From Hydrolagus colliei (Eukaryota): a stretch of DNA of 64,000 bases. Made by a program: the position numbers and the translations under genes. Of the stretch, positions 13,038 through 25,821 are shown piece after piece. The stretch lies in assembly GCA_035084275.1 (NCBI GenBank), contig CM068744.1, positions 71,114,001-71,178,000 on the forward strand, written 5' to 3'. How positions within the stretch are numbered: position 1 is the first letter of the stretch; each line of letters opens with the position of its first letter. Below the pieces are notes generated by a model. The model saw nothing but the letters and a program-made list of their open reading frames with translations, made no database searches and was not told the origin of the DNA.

Positions 13038-13371
13038 GGAGCTCCTGTGGATCAGTGGTTAGAGTACTTGTCTTGCAAGCTGGGGAGACCAAGCTGGGGA
13101 GACCTGAGTTCAAATCCAGGCAGGTCAGGGCGAAACCTTGGGCAAGTTTCCTTACTCCACATGCCTAATAATAATCCCTCAAAAAAAAACCACAATAATA
13201 AAATTGGTCATTTCAATCCACGACTGTGTGTGGGACACTGCTGTGCGCAATTGGCTGCCGCGATTCACCCACAAATATATACAGTCAATTCACTTCACAG
13301 TATATTCTGTGAAGCGCTTTGGGACGTTGATAAGATGTGGAAAGCGCTATATCAAATGCAAGGATTATTAT
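13038..13371 (+). mobile_element. tRNA-derived SINE with Deu-like core and L2-derived 3' tail (copies 31920-32253 and 47279-47611)
   Basis: A box TGGATCAGTGG (CGGCTCAGTGG in unit 3), B box GAGTTCAAATCC, core CTGCTGTGCGCAATTGGCTGCCGCG, tail AAGCGCTTTGGGACGT...ATCAAATGCAAGG(ATT)n, internal CAAGCTGGGGAGAC duplication. Confidence 0.85.
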
Positions 13372-13825
13372 GATACGCGACTTGCATCCACAGAGTTCTT
13401 CTTCATGGTTCAGTGTTCCTCAGCATGCAATAGGGAAACGTTTCGGAGCATTTTCCCTCTGAGATGCTATTGATAATATCCCGCACATACGTTCCATACC
13501 TAATGGATAATAATAAGGTAAAGACAAGGGAAGGAATGGGTATCCGCCAGAGAATATGACAAGTTGAGAGAGAGAGAGAGAGAGAGAGCGAAAGAGCCAA
13601 TACAATGTCCTTTGGAAAAAAAAATATAGTAACTGTAATCAATGTCCTCGCCTTTTCGTTCAACACCTCTCCCTTCTGTTCCACCCACACCATCTGTAAC
13701 CCTGACATTACGTTCTCAGATTTATTGTGACAGAGCTTACACAAGATCAAGCCAGGATTTGATTGTATGTTCTTAGTTTTTAGTATTCTTGAGCTCAGTG
13801 TAAGGTTCTGGATGATATTTGATTG

Positions 13826-13849
13826 ATCGGTCGGTCGGTCGGTCGGTCG
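13826..13849. repeat. (TCGG)n microsatellite; nearby (GA)n at 13566-13589 and (CA)n at 8325-8341
   Basis: Read directly from the sequence; the (TCGG)n and (CA)n arrays are shorter in unit 3. Confidence 0.85.
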
Positions 13850-14039
13850 ATTATTGATCATCAGCAATGAGCAGGACAGACTAAAAGTTCAATAACAAGT
13901 TTATTGCATTAGTAATAAGGACATAAACACAAATACAACAAAATAAACAAACATATAGACTCTTCAGATTAATGATAATTTATCCACTCCGAGCACTTGT
14001 ACTGCCCACCCCACAATGTATGTATGTGTGAGTATCAAG

Positions 14040-14152
14040 TAGACTACCGGGTTCTGACGAAGAGTTGTAGACCCGAAACGTTGACTCCTTTACCTTTCTC
14101 CATGGACGCTGACCTGACCTGCTAAGTTTCCCCAGCAACTTTTGTTTTTCTG
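14040..14152 (+). mobile_element. Penelope-like element pLTR fragment containing a minimal hammerhead motif (copies ~32922-33034 and ~50297-50409)
   Basis: CTGACGAAGAG..ACCCGAAACGTTGAC..TCTCCATGGACGCTGACCTGACCTGCTAAGTTTCCCCAGCA matches the typical fish/chondrichthyan Penelope terminal repeat as I recall it. Confidence 0.7.
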
Positions 14153-15169
14153 TTAGTGGACGACCGGGTCCTGGGTGTCTCACAAAACACCTCCTCAAGG
14201 TCCAGTTCCACTCTGTTGATAGATCTCCTTACTCTTTTCTATGCCCCATTTGCCTTTTCCTTGACTTCGGTATGTCTCTCTTTCGCTCTTTCACTCTCTC
14301 TCTCTCTATCTCACAAGTCAGGCTCTGACTTGGGTTCGTTGATGGGTTGATGGTCTGCTTGACGGTCAATATAGGCTTCTCTCTTGCTGTTTCTCTCTCT
14401 CTCATTTTTACCAATTAAAGCATTATCTCTATTATCCAGGCTATCACACAACAGCTGGACTCTCAGGAGCACAAGTCTTTGATATTCTGGCTTTTGGTGT
14501 CGGCTAACTACACGATCCACAAACAACCAGACCTATCCTCTTCTGACTGTTGGCTTGCTGATTCACTGTGTACTGTCCTCCTGCTAGCCTGACCTCTAAC
14601 TCCCCTGCTGGTTCTCTTTCGGTCTTTCCTTGATTGAGGAAAAGACTATCTTGTCAATGATTGAAATTATGCTTTCTGTGTCGCTTCTCTGTGTCTTGTG
14701 TTGCTTCCTGTGTTGCTTCTCTTGTGTCTTGTGTCTTTACCCTCAACCTTCCTATTTTTATGCAGCTTTTGCAATTGGAACTGGCCATGAACCCCCTAAG
14801 AATCCATTGATTGACCTTTGTCCAACTAACTGCCAAACTCTTTGATCAAGTTTAAAGACATGCGTCTTTCTTAGCTTTTGTCCCTTAGATCTCCATCAAC
14901 CCTTTGTACCTTACCCCCATCACAGCCTTGTCCTCCATATCAGTGGTTGTGCACTTCCTCCATATCAATGGTTCTGGACACTCTAATTACCTTGTCTACC
15001 ATATTGTCTTTCATGGCATGCTGTCCCTTATTCCACTGCCCTCTGCCTTCCCTCCTTATCTTATTTTCCAGAGGTGTCTTATCTCACGACTTTTCCAGAC
15101 CTTGAGGAGACGTGTTTTTTGCAGAAATCTACATCAGTGACGATAGCACGTCCCTCACAAATGAGAGAT

Positions 15170-15360
15170 CTGGTTTCAACTTCCAGCAAGGCAAAACTTT
15201 CGGCAAGTTTCCTTACTTTGCATGCCTCAACGTTAAAAAAAATCATAAATTTGCCACTTCAATCCACGACTGTTTGTGAGATGCTGCTATGCACAATTGG
15301 CAGCCGCATTTCTCCCACAAATTTAGGCAATTTACTTTACGGTATATTCTGTGAAGCATA
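15170..15360 (+). mobile_element. Degraded SINE copy
   Basis: GGCAAGTTTCCTTACT...TTCAATCCACGACTGT...AATTGGCAGCCGC matches the SINE at 13038. Confidence 0.7.
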
Positions 15361-16299
15361 AAATAAAATTATTATTGCAAATTTCCATGTTATTTTAAGA
15401 CTTAATAGGGGATTTGACAGTGGTGAGGGAGAAAGCAAGCAGTGAACTGTGGGAAGGAGTTCCAGAGAACAGATCAGATTGACTAAAACCTCACTCATCA
15501 ATGGAGGGGCAGATGAGGCAGGGGTCGTGAAAGAGGTCTGTATTGGCTGAACAAATGGAGTAGCTGTGGTGACAGAGATGATGCAGGTTATGCAGTAAGG
15601 ATGGGGCAAGGCTGAGGTCGTGGAGGGATTTTGTTGTGATGGTGAGGACCCATAACTGACCACTGACAGTTCAGTGCCTTTGGAAATCCTCCCGACATCT
15701 TCTCAATGTGAAAGGTGCTCTACAATGTAATTTTGTTGATGTTGTTGTTGAAAATCTCAAATTCCATTCAGTTAACCTGACAAAGGAAATGCAGGTGAGG
15801 GAGTGTGGCTCATGATAGTTTGACATTGGCAGAAATGCTGTGCTGAATGTTCTACTAGAGCAAGTTTGTCCGTGTTTGGGGGATGGGTTGATTGGCTCAG
15901 AAAGCCTATTGAGAGAGTTGGTACAAGCTCCAGTATTCTGGATGGCTTTTACTTTGAGTAAGGAGATGCTGGGAAGTCCAGTGAGTGAGCTGGATGTGAA
16001 TAAACAGAGAATTCTTTCAGTATGGAGGATTTTCATGTACACTATTTAGACTGAGATCTGTCCACAGTGTTGCATATTGCTGTCATGCTGTGTTGTTCAG
16101 GGAATGAAGAGACTATTAGTGAACAGCTCCCAGAAGGTGGGTTCCCTGAAGCTGGTTGTGGTGATGCAGGAAGAGACGTGACGGGATCTCAACACATCAT
16201 AGAAATAATCATAAAAAGTTACTTACAACCAAGAGATAATCACTGTAGAGTCTATTCTCGGAATTCCTTGTTATTCCCCAAAGCAGTTCACTATCTCTC

Positions 16300-16790
16300 T
16301 GCAATTCCTCCCTCCAGGGGCTGCAGATAATCCAGAACTCTGTGGCCTTTGTCCCCTACCATTCCAAACTCCATGACCCCATCTCCCCCATCCTCGGCCG
16401 ATTCCATTGGCTCCCCATCATCCAGAGGATCCGATTCCTGGCCCTCATATTTAAAGCCCTCCACAAACTTGCCCCCACCCTACATCCATGACCTTCTTTT
16501 CCCCTTAACAACCTGCCCACCTCTCCGCTCAGCAGGCTCTGGCTTGCCCCACATTCCCCAACTCACCCATCCTACCTTTGCCGGGTGAGGCTTCAGCCAC
16601 TCTGCCCCCAACCTCTAGAAATCCATCCTGCAGTCCCTCCATCTCGCCCCCTTCCTGGCCCCTTTCAAGTCTCGCCTCAAGCTTCTCGTGTTCGATGGAT
16701 CCATCGGCAACTCCTAATCCCCCCTTCCGTTCGTCCCATGTACTCAGCTCACGTCTGAAGCACTGACTGTCCAGCACTTTGGAATACCCT
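16300..16790 (+). mobile_element. L2 3' fragment (copies ~35182-35672 and ~56995-57485)
   Basis: L2-type 3' sequence: CTCCATGACCCCATCTCCCCCATCCTC..CCATTGGCTCCC..GGCTTCAGCCACTCTGCCCC..GCACTTTGGAAT. Confidence 0.65.
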
Positions 16791-16859
16791 TCTGATAACA
16801 GGGTTATTCCCCAGTAGGAAAATGACATACAACTAGAAGGTGGTTTGATGCAACACCCT

Positions 16860-16865
16860 TTTATT
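16860..16865 (-). terminator. Candidate polyadenylation signal AATAAA of copy B (also 35742-35747 for C and 57555-57560 for D)
   Basis: Lies ~650 nt after the stop codon. The hexamer and its context are conserved in the inverted paralog relic, and homology to that relic ends shortly downstream. Confidence 0.55.
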
Positions 16866-17510
16866 TCATTGTAAGAATATATTCCCAGCAGTTTGGAAAA
16901 CATAGGCAGAAACAATCAATATCTTTGATTCCAGCAAAAGAAAAATGTGTTTGGAGAGAACTTTTTAATAGGAGCACACAATACAATAGATTCTATTTTT
17001 AATCATAGACTTGGAATCCATTTGAGATACGTCACTTTCGGAAAGATGTACTGATGTTGAAGGGTAGTGCTGTTCAGATACAGCCAAATGGTACCTTGTC
17101 AGAAGGCATCAAATTACGGGGACTGGTTGGGCCAATTTATACTTTATCACTTCAGATGACAAAAGTTGAGCAGAAATTGTTTGAGAAGTTTAAAATACTT
17201 AAGATAATTTAGAACATTCTTTATGAATGTGACAAACTGTCAAATTCTGGGTGTTCTAAATGCTAAGCAAATTGAGTAACCCAACACCCAGTGAAATGTG
17301 TATCCCAATGTTTCCCGATTGTGTGGTTGGAAACCAAGTGGTGATCAAATGATTTAATCTGTGAAGTGACTGATACATCTATTGAGAAAGACAGGTCGAA
17401 TATTTAATGCTCCATTGACAGAATTAGTGTAAGTTACTAACTAAAGTGGCAGAACAGATTGAAGCATATCCTACAATTTTATACATGCAAGGTAGAAGAA
17501 TCTTCAGAGT

Positions 17511-20386
17511 TTACTTTTTAAAGAAGGCAATTTCTGTCATTCCAAGTTGTTCATTCAAACACAGTACATAGACTAGCTTCCTAAAGGATCGATTGTCGGC
17601 TTCCAAGTCACTTGCAAACTCTTTAAATTTGTCTTCAAGTTCAGCATTTGTGAACATCTGATGGTAAAGCCTATAACAAAAAAAATGAAGAGACATTTCA
17701 ACATTTTTCTTCCCATCGCTGTTCTTGTAATATTCCGTGACTGCTGGTAAGAAGCAGCAGCATGAGTGATAGATGGTTTGTACTGATGTAGCTGAACTGA
17801 GCTGCAACATTAGAGATGGTGTATACAATAATTCTCAGTACAGTGTGGCTATAGAACGTGAAACAAACCAATGGTCCTGCTTCTAATCACAATCCTGGAT
17901 GTGTGAATATGCAACATGTATAGTTGTACCTACGTGTTGGAAAAGCTTAGCCTTGCTCTCTCTTTCTCACTCTGCTTTCAAAACTTCTTAAACTAAAGTA
18001 CTACTGTATTTTTAAAAATACGTTTTATTTATTCCATCACCTTCCACTAACTCATGTCCCTTCATCCTCCACGAGTCTGCCATCCAGCTCCCAATTTTTC
18101 TCCATGAAAAACATTAGGACATTCTCCAGAGTTAAAAATTCTGTAGATGTGCAGAATGTTGTTGCTGGTTGATAAGATAGCAACAGCGTAGACTGGGCTG
18201 TTTTGTCAAGATATTAATACTGTATAATCATGCAGATCACTCCTGGCCTCAAACAGACTAACCTTGCATAAAGAACTAAAGGAGGCTGGTTGAGTAGGTG
18301 AACTTTGGCATTAGTTGGTTTGGGTGCATCAACGTTAGAAGGATCGAGAAAGAGACTGACAGAGAACCCCGTTGCAGTGCGATCCTTATTAGGCCATTCC
18401 ATAACTACGGTAGGTAGATAGATAGGAAATGCTATACCTGAAAAATAAAGCAAAACATTTACATATGTTTATTGCTCATCAACTAAGGATGCACTCACTG
18501 GTTCGGTCCTTTACAATATAGTACAAATAAAGTAAAACAACAATAAGGTAAGGTAATAAAAATAGTAATCCTTGCATTTGATGTAGCGCTCCTCATGTCT
18601 TCTCAACATCTCAAAACGCTTCACAGAATATACAGTTTAGTGAATTGACTATATATGTAAGCTAAACACACACATGAGATATAAGGCAATATAAGGTATA
18701 GCAAAGAGTATTAGAGGGTATGGGAGAGGGAATGAAAAGATGTGGGATCGGTAATTAGGGGGGTGGTGACTCGGGTGATACATGAACCGTGTGTCCATTC
18801 AAACATGCTTTTGAGCTCCTGAAGACAAGCGAAATAGAGGTATTCTTCATCCTGTTTGTGAAGTTCAGGACTATGGCGATGAAGTACGAAAATTTATTTG
18901 ATTTAATGTTTATTACTGATGTTTTCCCAAAAGGGCAATGACCAGGAAAGAGATGCTTCACACTTTCTTATTACATCGGAGGAACATTTACTCTTACCAG
19001 CATCATTGGCACCTTCTGCATATTCCACAAGTAGTTTCTGTCCAGCATGAGCTGCACTCAACAAATCCGGTTGTTTAACACGTGTTGCGACAAGCTTGAG
19101 TGCGGGAAATTCTTGCTCTTCATAAGTCTGAGGTAACAAGAATAGATGTTGTTCAGATTGCATCACTAAAAACAACAAGGTTTTGGCACACATCAAGTCC
19201 TCTTACACACGATGGCACAATTGTGATACTCACTGAATATGAAACTCAATGTCAGTCAGAATAAGAATCTTTGCAGTTAATATGCTGCCGTATTTTTTGT
19301 TGAAACACCTCCAAGTGCATCTTAGAATATACTGTAGATTTGGGTGACTGTGTGTATTTTGTGGACAAATGAAGCAGCAAATTTGTTCACAATGAGTGAC
19401 CAATTGTATTTGGGCGGCTGTTACTCAAGACACCAGGAGTATTTTGTTCTATTTTTGAATAGCACCATGGGATCTACTAAGATTTATTGTCCATCTGGAC
19501 ACACATATAGTACCATGGTTTAAAATCTCATTTGAATGATTGTGCCTTCCACATTTCAGGACCCCTCCTCTCCCCACAGCACGACACTGAAGCATCAGTA
19601 AAGACTATATATGTTTCAAGTCCGAGCTTTGGGCTTTACCCTTCTTAATCAGAGACAAGAGTGTCAGCAACTGAACCATTCTTACTTAAAAGTCATAGTA
19701 CTTTTTTCTGTTTCAATTGATAGTGTATCTAATGGATGCTTAATTGGTTAGCTTTCCACCAACCAAATGATCACCTCAGGCACAGGACAGATAATATGTC
19801 TTTGATCAATGTTGAAATGCTATTTCAGAAGTATTCATAATCTACTTTAAGTATGATTGAAATATATTCACATAGAAAAAAACATGGTAGTATTTCTGGT
19901 TGAGTCTGGTAGTATAGTAGTTGAGAGAGGAGGGAATGACAGTTTTGAAAATATGGAGGGAGAAATCAGTAGGGGTCGGAGTGTGCGGTCGAGATGGAGA
20001 ACGGACCTTGTCTATTTTGGACTCAAAGAAATCTAGCATGTCCTCACAGTCAGAGTTTGTGGAGAGAGAGAATGGGCGAGGCATAGAAGGGTGAATTGAA
20101 GAGCCGGTTGGTTGTATAGAATAGGAATGAAAGGAGGAATGTTAGAGTGAGGGGAATGAGCCATAGAAGTGAGGGGTAGATCATGACATCCTCCTAAGGG
20201 AAACATGCAATATCAAATGCAAGGATTATTATAATAAATTATTATTTTACTTACATCATACTTTTTGACCACATCAGGTGTAGGGCAGTAATTTTCTTTG
20301 CAGTGTTCTTTCTGAAGATTATATGCTCCTGTTCCTCCAATTTGAAGCCCCAAAAGAACAGAAATAAGGAAGCAAGGTCTCAACAT
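17511..20386 (-). CDS. Intact 4-exon gene (copy B) for a secreted, divergent SOUL/heme-binding protein 2-like protein, 198 aa. Exons: 20255-20386, 18998-19127, 18263-18437, 17511-17670
   Basis: All introns are GT-AG (donors GTAAGT, GTAAGA, GTTAGT; pyrimidine-rich CAG/CAG/TAG acceptors), phases 0/1/2, 597 nt ending in TAA. Protein: MLRPCFLISVLLGLQIGGTGAYNLQKEHCKENYCPTPDVVKKYD-TYEEQEFPALKLVATRVKQPDLLSAAHAGQKLLVEYAEGANDA-GIAFPIYLPTVVMEWPNKDRTATGFSVSLFLDPSNVDAPKPTNAKVHLLNQPPLVLYAR-LYHQMFTNAELEDKFKEFASDLEADNRSFRKLVYVLCLNEQLGMTEIAFFKK. It follows SOUL motifs in order: CxxxxCP, YEE/YEIR, YxxGxN, F(S/T)VSL(F/Y), P(K/R)PT, YxR, and a terminal E(I/V)(A/W)F. Confidence 0.85.
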
Positions 20387-20476
20387 AGTGACTCGATCTC
20401 CGATCACCGCTGAAAGCAGCAAGTATCTATTTGTACCGTTAGGTGGATCTGTCCTGTAATTGGAACCTTTTTCTAC

Positions 20477-20483
20477 TTTTATA
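20477..20483 (-). promoter_or_regulatory. TATA box (TATAAAA) of SOUL-like copy B
   Basis: Consensus TATAAAAG ~90 nt upstream of ATG 20386. Confidence 0.55.
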
Positions 20484-23400
20484 GATATTACTTTGAATAT
20501 TCTTTTTTGCATGAAGGAACATGTGTTCTGGAATACAATGACTTTTCATTATAAAATTAAGATTAACCCCAGACTATGGCTGGCAGCCAGACTCTCCCAA
20601 TGACCAAACCCTCGTGACAGCAGATATGCCTCACCGTACACTGGCTCGTGCATACAGACAGCACAGAAGTGCTTTGAGACATCAATAAGATGTGAAAAGC
20701 GCTGTATCAAATGCAAGGATTATTGTTATTACTGTGTTATTATTTAAATTTAATTTAGTTGTTGAGCTATAAGTAAGTATTTTCAGGACCATAATACTAA
20801 GAAGGTTCTGATTTGACCAAAAACACTCAACATTAAATCGTGGGCAAAGATCTTAACAATAATAATAGTCATCTTTCCCTCGGTCCCAAGTTTCCTCAAA
20901 ACTTGCTTGATAAAATGGCATGGCATGAGAAATAATGTATCTGTCCCACCTGTGTTCCAAATTCTGTTAGCTGACATGTATTTAGCACTGACCCGATCAA
21001 CGGCTCAATAACTGCATACCACAATCTGTCAATGTACCAAGTTGGTTGTTTTCTGTCTGTCTACATTTTTCTAATATTGAATTTGGATCTCTTGTGATGC
21101 ATACCACAGCACTCATAGTGGCTCTGAGAACCCTTCCAATGTACCTTGCAAAATATTTAATTTGCAGCGGTAATACGTTAAACACTCGAGTTGTGAGTGC
21201 CATTATTAGTAACCGCCTCTGATCCCACTCATCACAGGTGTTTTGTATGGCTAACCATGAAACTTTGTTAAAATAGTCGTAAATGAGCCTTCAGCCTCTC
21301 TTCCCCAGCCTTTGGAATTCTATTTCACAATCCTTCCACCTGGCCCCTCCCTAGTCTTCTTCAAATCCCACCTCAAGACCCTACTCTTCAACCGTGCCAT
21401 TTGTCATCCTGCTAACCCCCCTTCCCTCCATCCTCCTCAATCCTGAACCCAGCTCTGATCAAAATCACTGCCTGTCCAACTCCTTGTGATATTCTCCCGA
21501 GATGAAAGACGCTATGTAAATACAATTTTATTTTTGTATCAAATACCAGGATTATTAATATTAATATTATCAAAAGGTATTCATACCCCACTACTGTTTA
21601 CCTCTATTCCATTGTCAAATTCCACATATATGTACAGTTTTATATGGCACACTGAAATGCTGGACAAAAGCATATCATACTCCATCTGGTTCACCCTTAA
21701 CCTTCCTGGAGGTCGCATGCACATATATCACAAACTACCTATACCGTATGTATATCTATATATACACCTTAATTAAATTTCCTAAAGAAAACAATTGAAT
21801 CTGTGTTTGGAAGAATCAACACTATCTGTTTCAACCATATCCTTGGAGCCTGTTCCCCAGGTTCACTATACACTCACTGAATTAGCGTTTCAGTAGAGTC
21901 ATTCTGAATTTCAATCATAGGCCATGACCTCTAGTTCTTTTATTCTGGACAAGCAAAACGAAAGTCTAGTTACGTTGACGCTCCTCAAAGACCAGTCCTT
22001 CCATTCCCTCAATCACTTTGGTTGCACTCTATTTATTCTCAATTTCTCCAATATCATTTTCATACTGTGGCTAGCAGAATGTTTAAGTAGTCCAGATATG
22101 GTCTCAATAATGGCAGTGGCACTTTTGGGGCTTGCTATTGATTTTTTTGATACAACACAACATCTGGTTTGCTTTATTCACTGCCACAGAGCATATGGGA
22201 GAGCTTGAATTTTATTGCCAATCAGGACCCCTAGATCTCTTTCATTTCCAAACAAGAAGAACTTTGGACACACATCGGGTGAGCCACAAGTTTAAACTTT
22301 ACTGGGACTTTGCTATCATTGAAAAGGCATGAGCATAAATTATAGATTTTAGTCTATGCTGTATAATTATCAAGTTAATGGGTTAACATTTGTTATTCTC
22401 CAGTCCCCCAGGTATGACTCCAGGAATTACAGATCTCCTGAATAACAACTATTTAATTTCATATTTCCATGGTGGTTGTAGGCTGTATCCCACCAGGGCT
22501 GTTACCTTAGGATATTCAAATCTTTCAGTTTAATATTCACTTTACCCAAACATGGACAAACCTGCCTGGGTGGTGGAGCAGTCAGCACAGCATTTCTGCC
22601 TATGCAAACTTCATTATGATCAGCGACACTCTATCACCTGCTTTTCCTATTTCAGGTGCTGACTGGATGGGTCCTGGTACAGAAAGTCTAGAGACTCGAG
22701 TCAAGCATAAAAATACACACATTTTAGGAGTGCTGTGGGGAGGCTCATGTCAGCTATTATATAGCTATTAGCCAATCTCAACTGATAGAAGGTTGTAAAT
22801 TCAAGACCAAATGCAGATTCTGAAATCACACAGACTAGTCTGCAATGCAATACAACAACAACTTGCATTTATGTAACATCCTCCATGGCAGGCGGCATCT
22901 CAGAGCACTCCACAGTAGCGGAGCCCAGGGCTGAGCCAGTGTGAGATGGAAGGTGACCATAGGTACGGTTGAACAGAAAGGTCTTCAGGCATGACCTGAA
23001 AATGGAAAATATGGGGGCAAGGCAAAACGATTGAGGGAGGGAGTTCCAGAGTTTCGGAGCATGGTGGCTGAAAAGAGGAAGAGGAGGATGTCAGCCTCAG
23101 GAGATCAAAGGCAGCGGGTACTGCTGTGAGGAGAGAGGAGGTTACAGAGGTAGTGGGTGCTGATGATTGGAGGGATTTAAACACAAGAGTGAGGATCTTG
23201 AAGTATCTCTACCCTGTGACAGGGAGCCAGTCAAGTCAGGCAAGGACTGGGGTAATCAGGGAGCAAACTTTGGTTCAGAGAGTGCGGGCAGTGGAATTCT
23301 GCATGAGCTGAATATTGTGAATGGTGGCAGAAGCGAGACCGGTAACTAGGGCATTGGTGTAGTCCAGCTGAGATGTGACGAAGACATGGAACATGGATTC

Positions 23401-25118
23401 GGCAGCTTTTGGGCAAAGATATTGGTAGAGACCAGCAATGAGGCAGACATGGAAAAAGGCAATGCTGGTGAAGGTATCCCATGTCTGCAGAAAACATCAA
23501 CAAGAAGGAGCATGTAGATAAATAGAAGAGGGCCAAACATGGATCCCTGGGATATCCCTTAGGTGCCTAGGCAATAACGAGAGGAAAGCCATTGGTAGAG
23601 ATCCAATGCTGGTGGTTTGTGAGGCCACGAGGTCCCACTGAGATGTATGGCGGAGGACAGTCGGTGGAGGAGGATGGAGTGATCAACTTTGTCAAAGGTG
23701 GCGGAAAGGTCCAGGAAGATACAGAGACAGAGGGACCCCTGGTTGCAGATAGAGAGGACATCGTTTGTGAGTGTCACAAGCGTAATCTCTATCCTGTGGG
23801 AAAGGCAGAATCCAGACTGGAGGGGTTCAAATAGGGTGTGGAGGAAGAGGTGTGCATTGAGTTTGTTGGCAACAATGCATTCTAAACCTTTTGCAATGAA
23901 GGGCAGATTTGAGATAGTGTGGAATTAGCTAGATTTGGAGGGATCAAAGGTAGGTTTTTTAAGGAGATGCGTGATGACAGCAGTTCTGAGAGCCGGAGGG
24001 ACTGTTCCTGAAGAGAGGGACTGACTAATGGTGTCTGCCAACAATGGACAAAGGAAGTGCAGCTAGGCAATCAGCAAGTTGGTTGGAAAGGGGGTAGAGG
24101 CAGCAGGGGGTGGGTTTCATAGTAGTGATGGTGGAGCAAGGAGAGATTGGGAAGAAGGAATATAGGATGGGGTTCGTGGTGAGAGCTGAGGATGGGATGG
24201 GCGAGGGAGACAGACTGGAGGTGCTGGTGGGCAACAAGTAGCGGGAGGGTGAGGCTGCCAGGTGGATGTTATTGATTTTGGTTGAAAGGAAGTCCTTGAC
24301 CTCTTCACCTTTGGTGTTGGATGTGAAAATTGAGGATGCATGTGGGGGCGCAAGGAGGAGGTGCTGGATGGTGGAGAAAAGGACCTTGGAGTTGTTTCAG
24401 AATGATGTTGAAGTAGTACACCATTTTTGTGTGTGACAAGGAATGGCGGTAGCTGTGAATATGCTCGAGCCACAGTTGGTGAAGCCAGTTTTCTGCCATC
24501 TGCACTCAGGCAGCCGGTATGAGATTTCAGCGAGTGGAAATGGTCACTGTACCAAGGGGATCGGGTGGGTTTGGAGATGGGCGTGGATTTCAGATATGAC
24601 TGTGAAGGAGCTGGATTGTAAGATGTGTCTTTTTTGGATGAGATGTTACACTGAGGTCCCATCTACCTCAGAGATTGGATGCACATTTAAGAACACATAG
24701 GACTACTGTACTTGAAAAGTGAAGCAAGATTTTCCCAGGATTCTGTCAAACAGTGTGTCAGCCCGTCTGGTTGGGTCCCACTAAGATAGATGAGGGAGGA
24801 AAGGTGATGGAGGAGGATGGAGTGGTCGACTGGAGGACAAAGAGGCAGGCAGTTCTTCTCAAACTCCCTGTATCCTCACATCAGACGACCCTTGAAAAGA
24901 GGTCCTAGGCTTCTTCGCCTCAAGCTCTGTAAACAATCACTTGGCTGAATTTTTCCCCTTCACACCACCACTCGTCCCACTCCCCCACTCCACCTTCTAC
25001 CCCCACGCTAACCATCCACAGTGCCTCCTCTCTCCACCATGGGTCCTACCACTCTCCCCTTCCTGCTCTCTTTTGTTCCCATTTCTCCCTTCTCCCTCTC
25101 CACTGCCAACCGCCTTCA

Positions 25119-25821
25119 TATGAAAACGGTGGAATTACAGAAATTGGCTTCTTTTAAAAATAAACTTGGAAGATTCTTCTAACTTGTATGTATGAAATTG
25201 TACAATGTGCTTCAATCTGTTCTGCCACTTTAGTTTGTTACTAACATTAACTCTCTGAATGGATAAGTTGATATTGAAGTTAAATTTCTCAATAAACGGT
25301 ATCAGACACTTCACATATGAAATTAATTGATCACCACTTGATTTTCCAACCACACAGTCAGGAAACATTCGGGATACAAAGTTCACCTGGGTTAAGTTAC
25401 TCAATTTGCTTTGCATTGTAAAACACCCACAATTTGGCAGTTTTTCACATTCACAAAGAACAGTTTTGAATCGTGTCAATTATCTTTAGCAATCAGCCCC
25501 ATAATTTAATACCTTCTGACCAGGTACCATTTGGCTGAGTCAGCACAGCATTCCCTCCAGGATCAATGAATGCATCTTTCCGAAAGTGACGTATCTCAAA
25601 TGGATTTAAGAAGAGGCTAAGAGTAAATATAGAATTACTGTATTGTGTGCTCCTATTAACAAGGTTCTCACCAAACACATTTTACTTGTGGTGGAATTTG
25701 TTTTTGATTCTTTGTGCCATTTCTTTTCCAAGCAGCTGGTATATATTCTTACGGTGAAATAAAAGGGTGTTGCATCCAATCACTTGCTAATTTTACGTCA
25801 CTTTCTTACTGGGAAATAAAC
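25119..25821 (+). pseudogene. Unit-2 copy of the inverted SOUL-like 3'-end relic
   Basis: Duplicate of 6243-6945. Confidence 0.72.

Larger units (their letters stand above)
1..18876. repeat. Tandem segmental duplication, unit 1 (phase set by the window edge)
   Basis: The ORF track repeats at +18876, then at +18882 after a (TTA)n expansion. Confidence 0.97.

Noticed and set aside
13038-13125. Possible tRNA gene (A and B boxes)
   Set aside because: SINE head with an internal duplication, continuous with the SINE body; no cloverleaf evident.
13138-13473. Recurrent ORF IIKLVISIHDCVWDTAVRN...
   Set aside because: Translation of SINE sequence.
16099-16136. Short AG...GTGGGT-flanked micro-exon candidate
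   Set aside because: The donor changes to GTGGAT in unit 3 and there is no supporting gene context.
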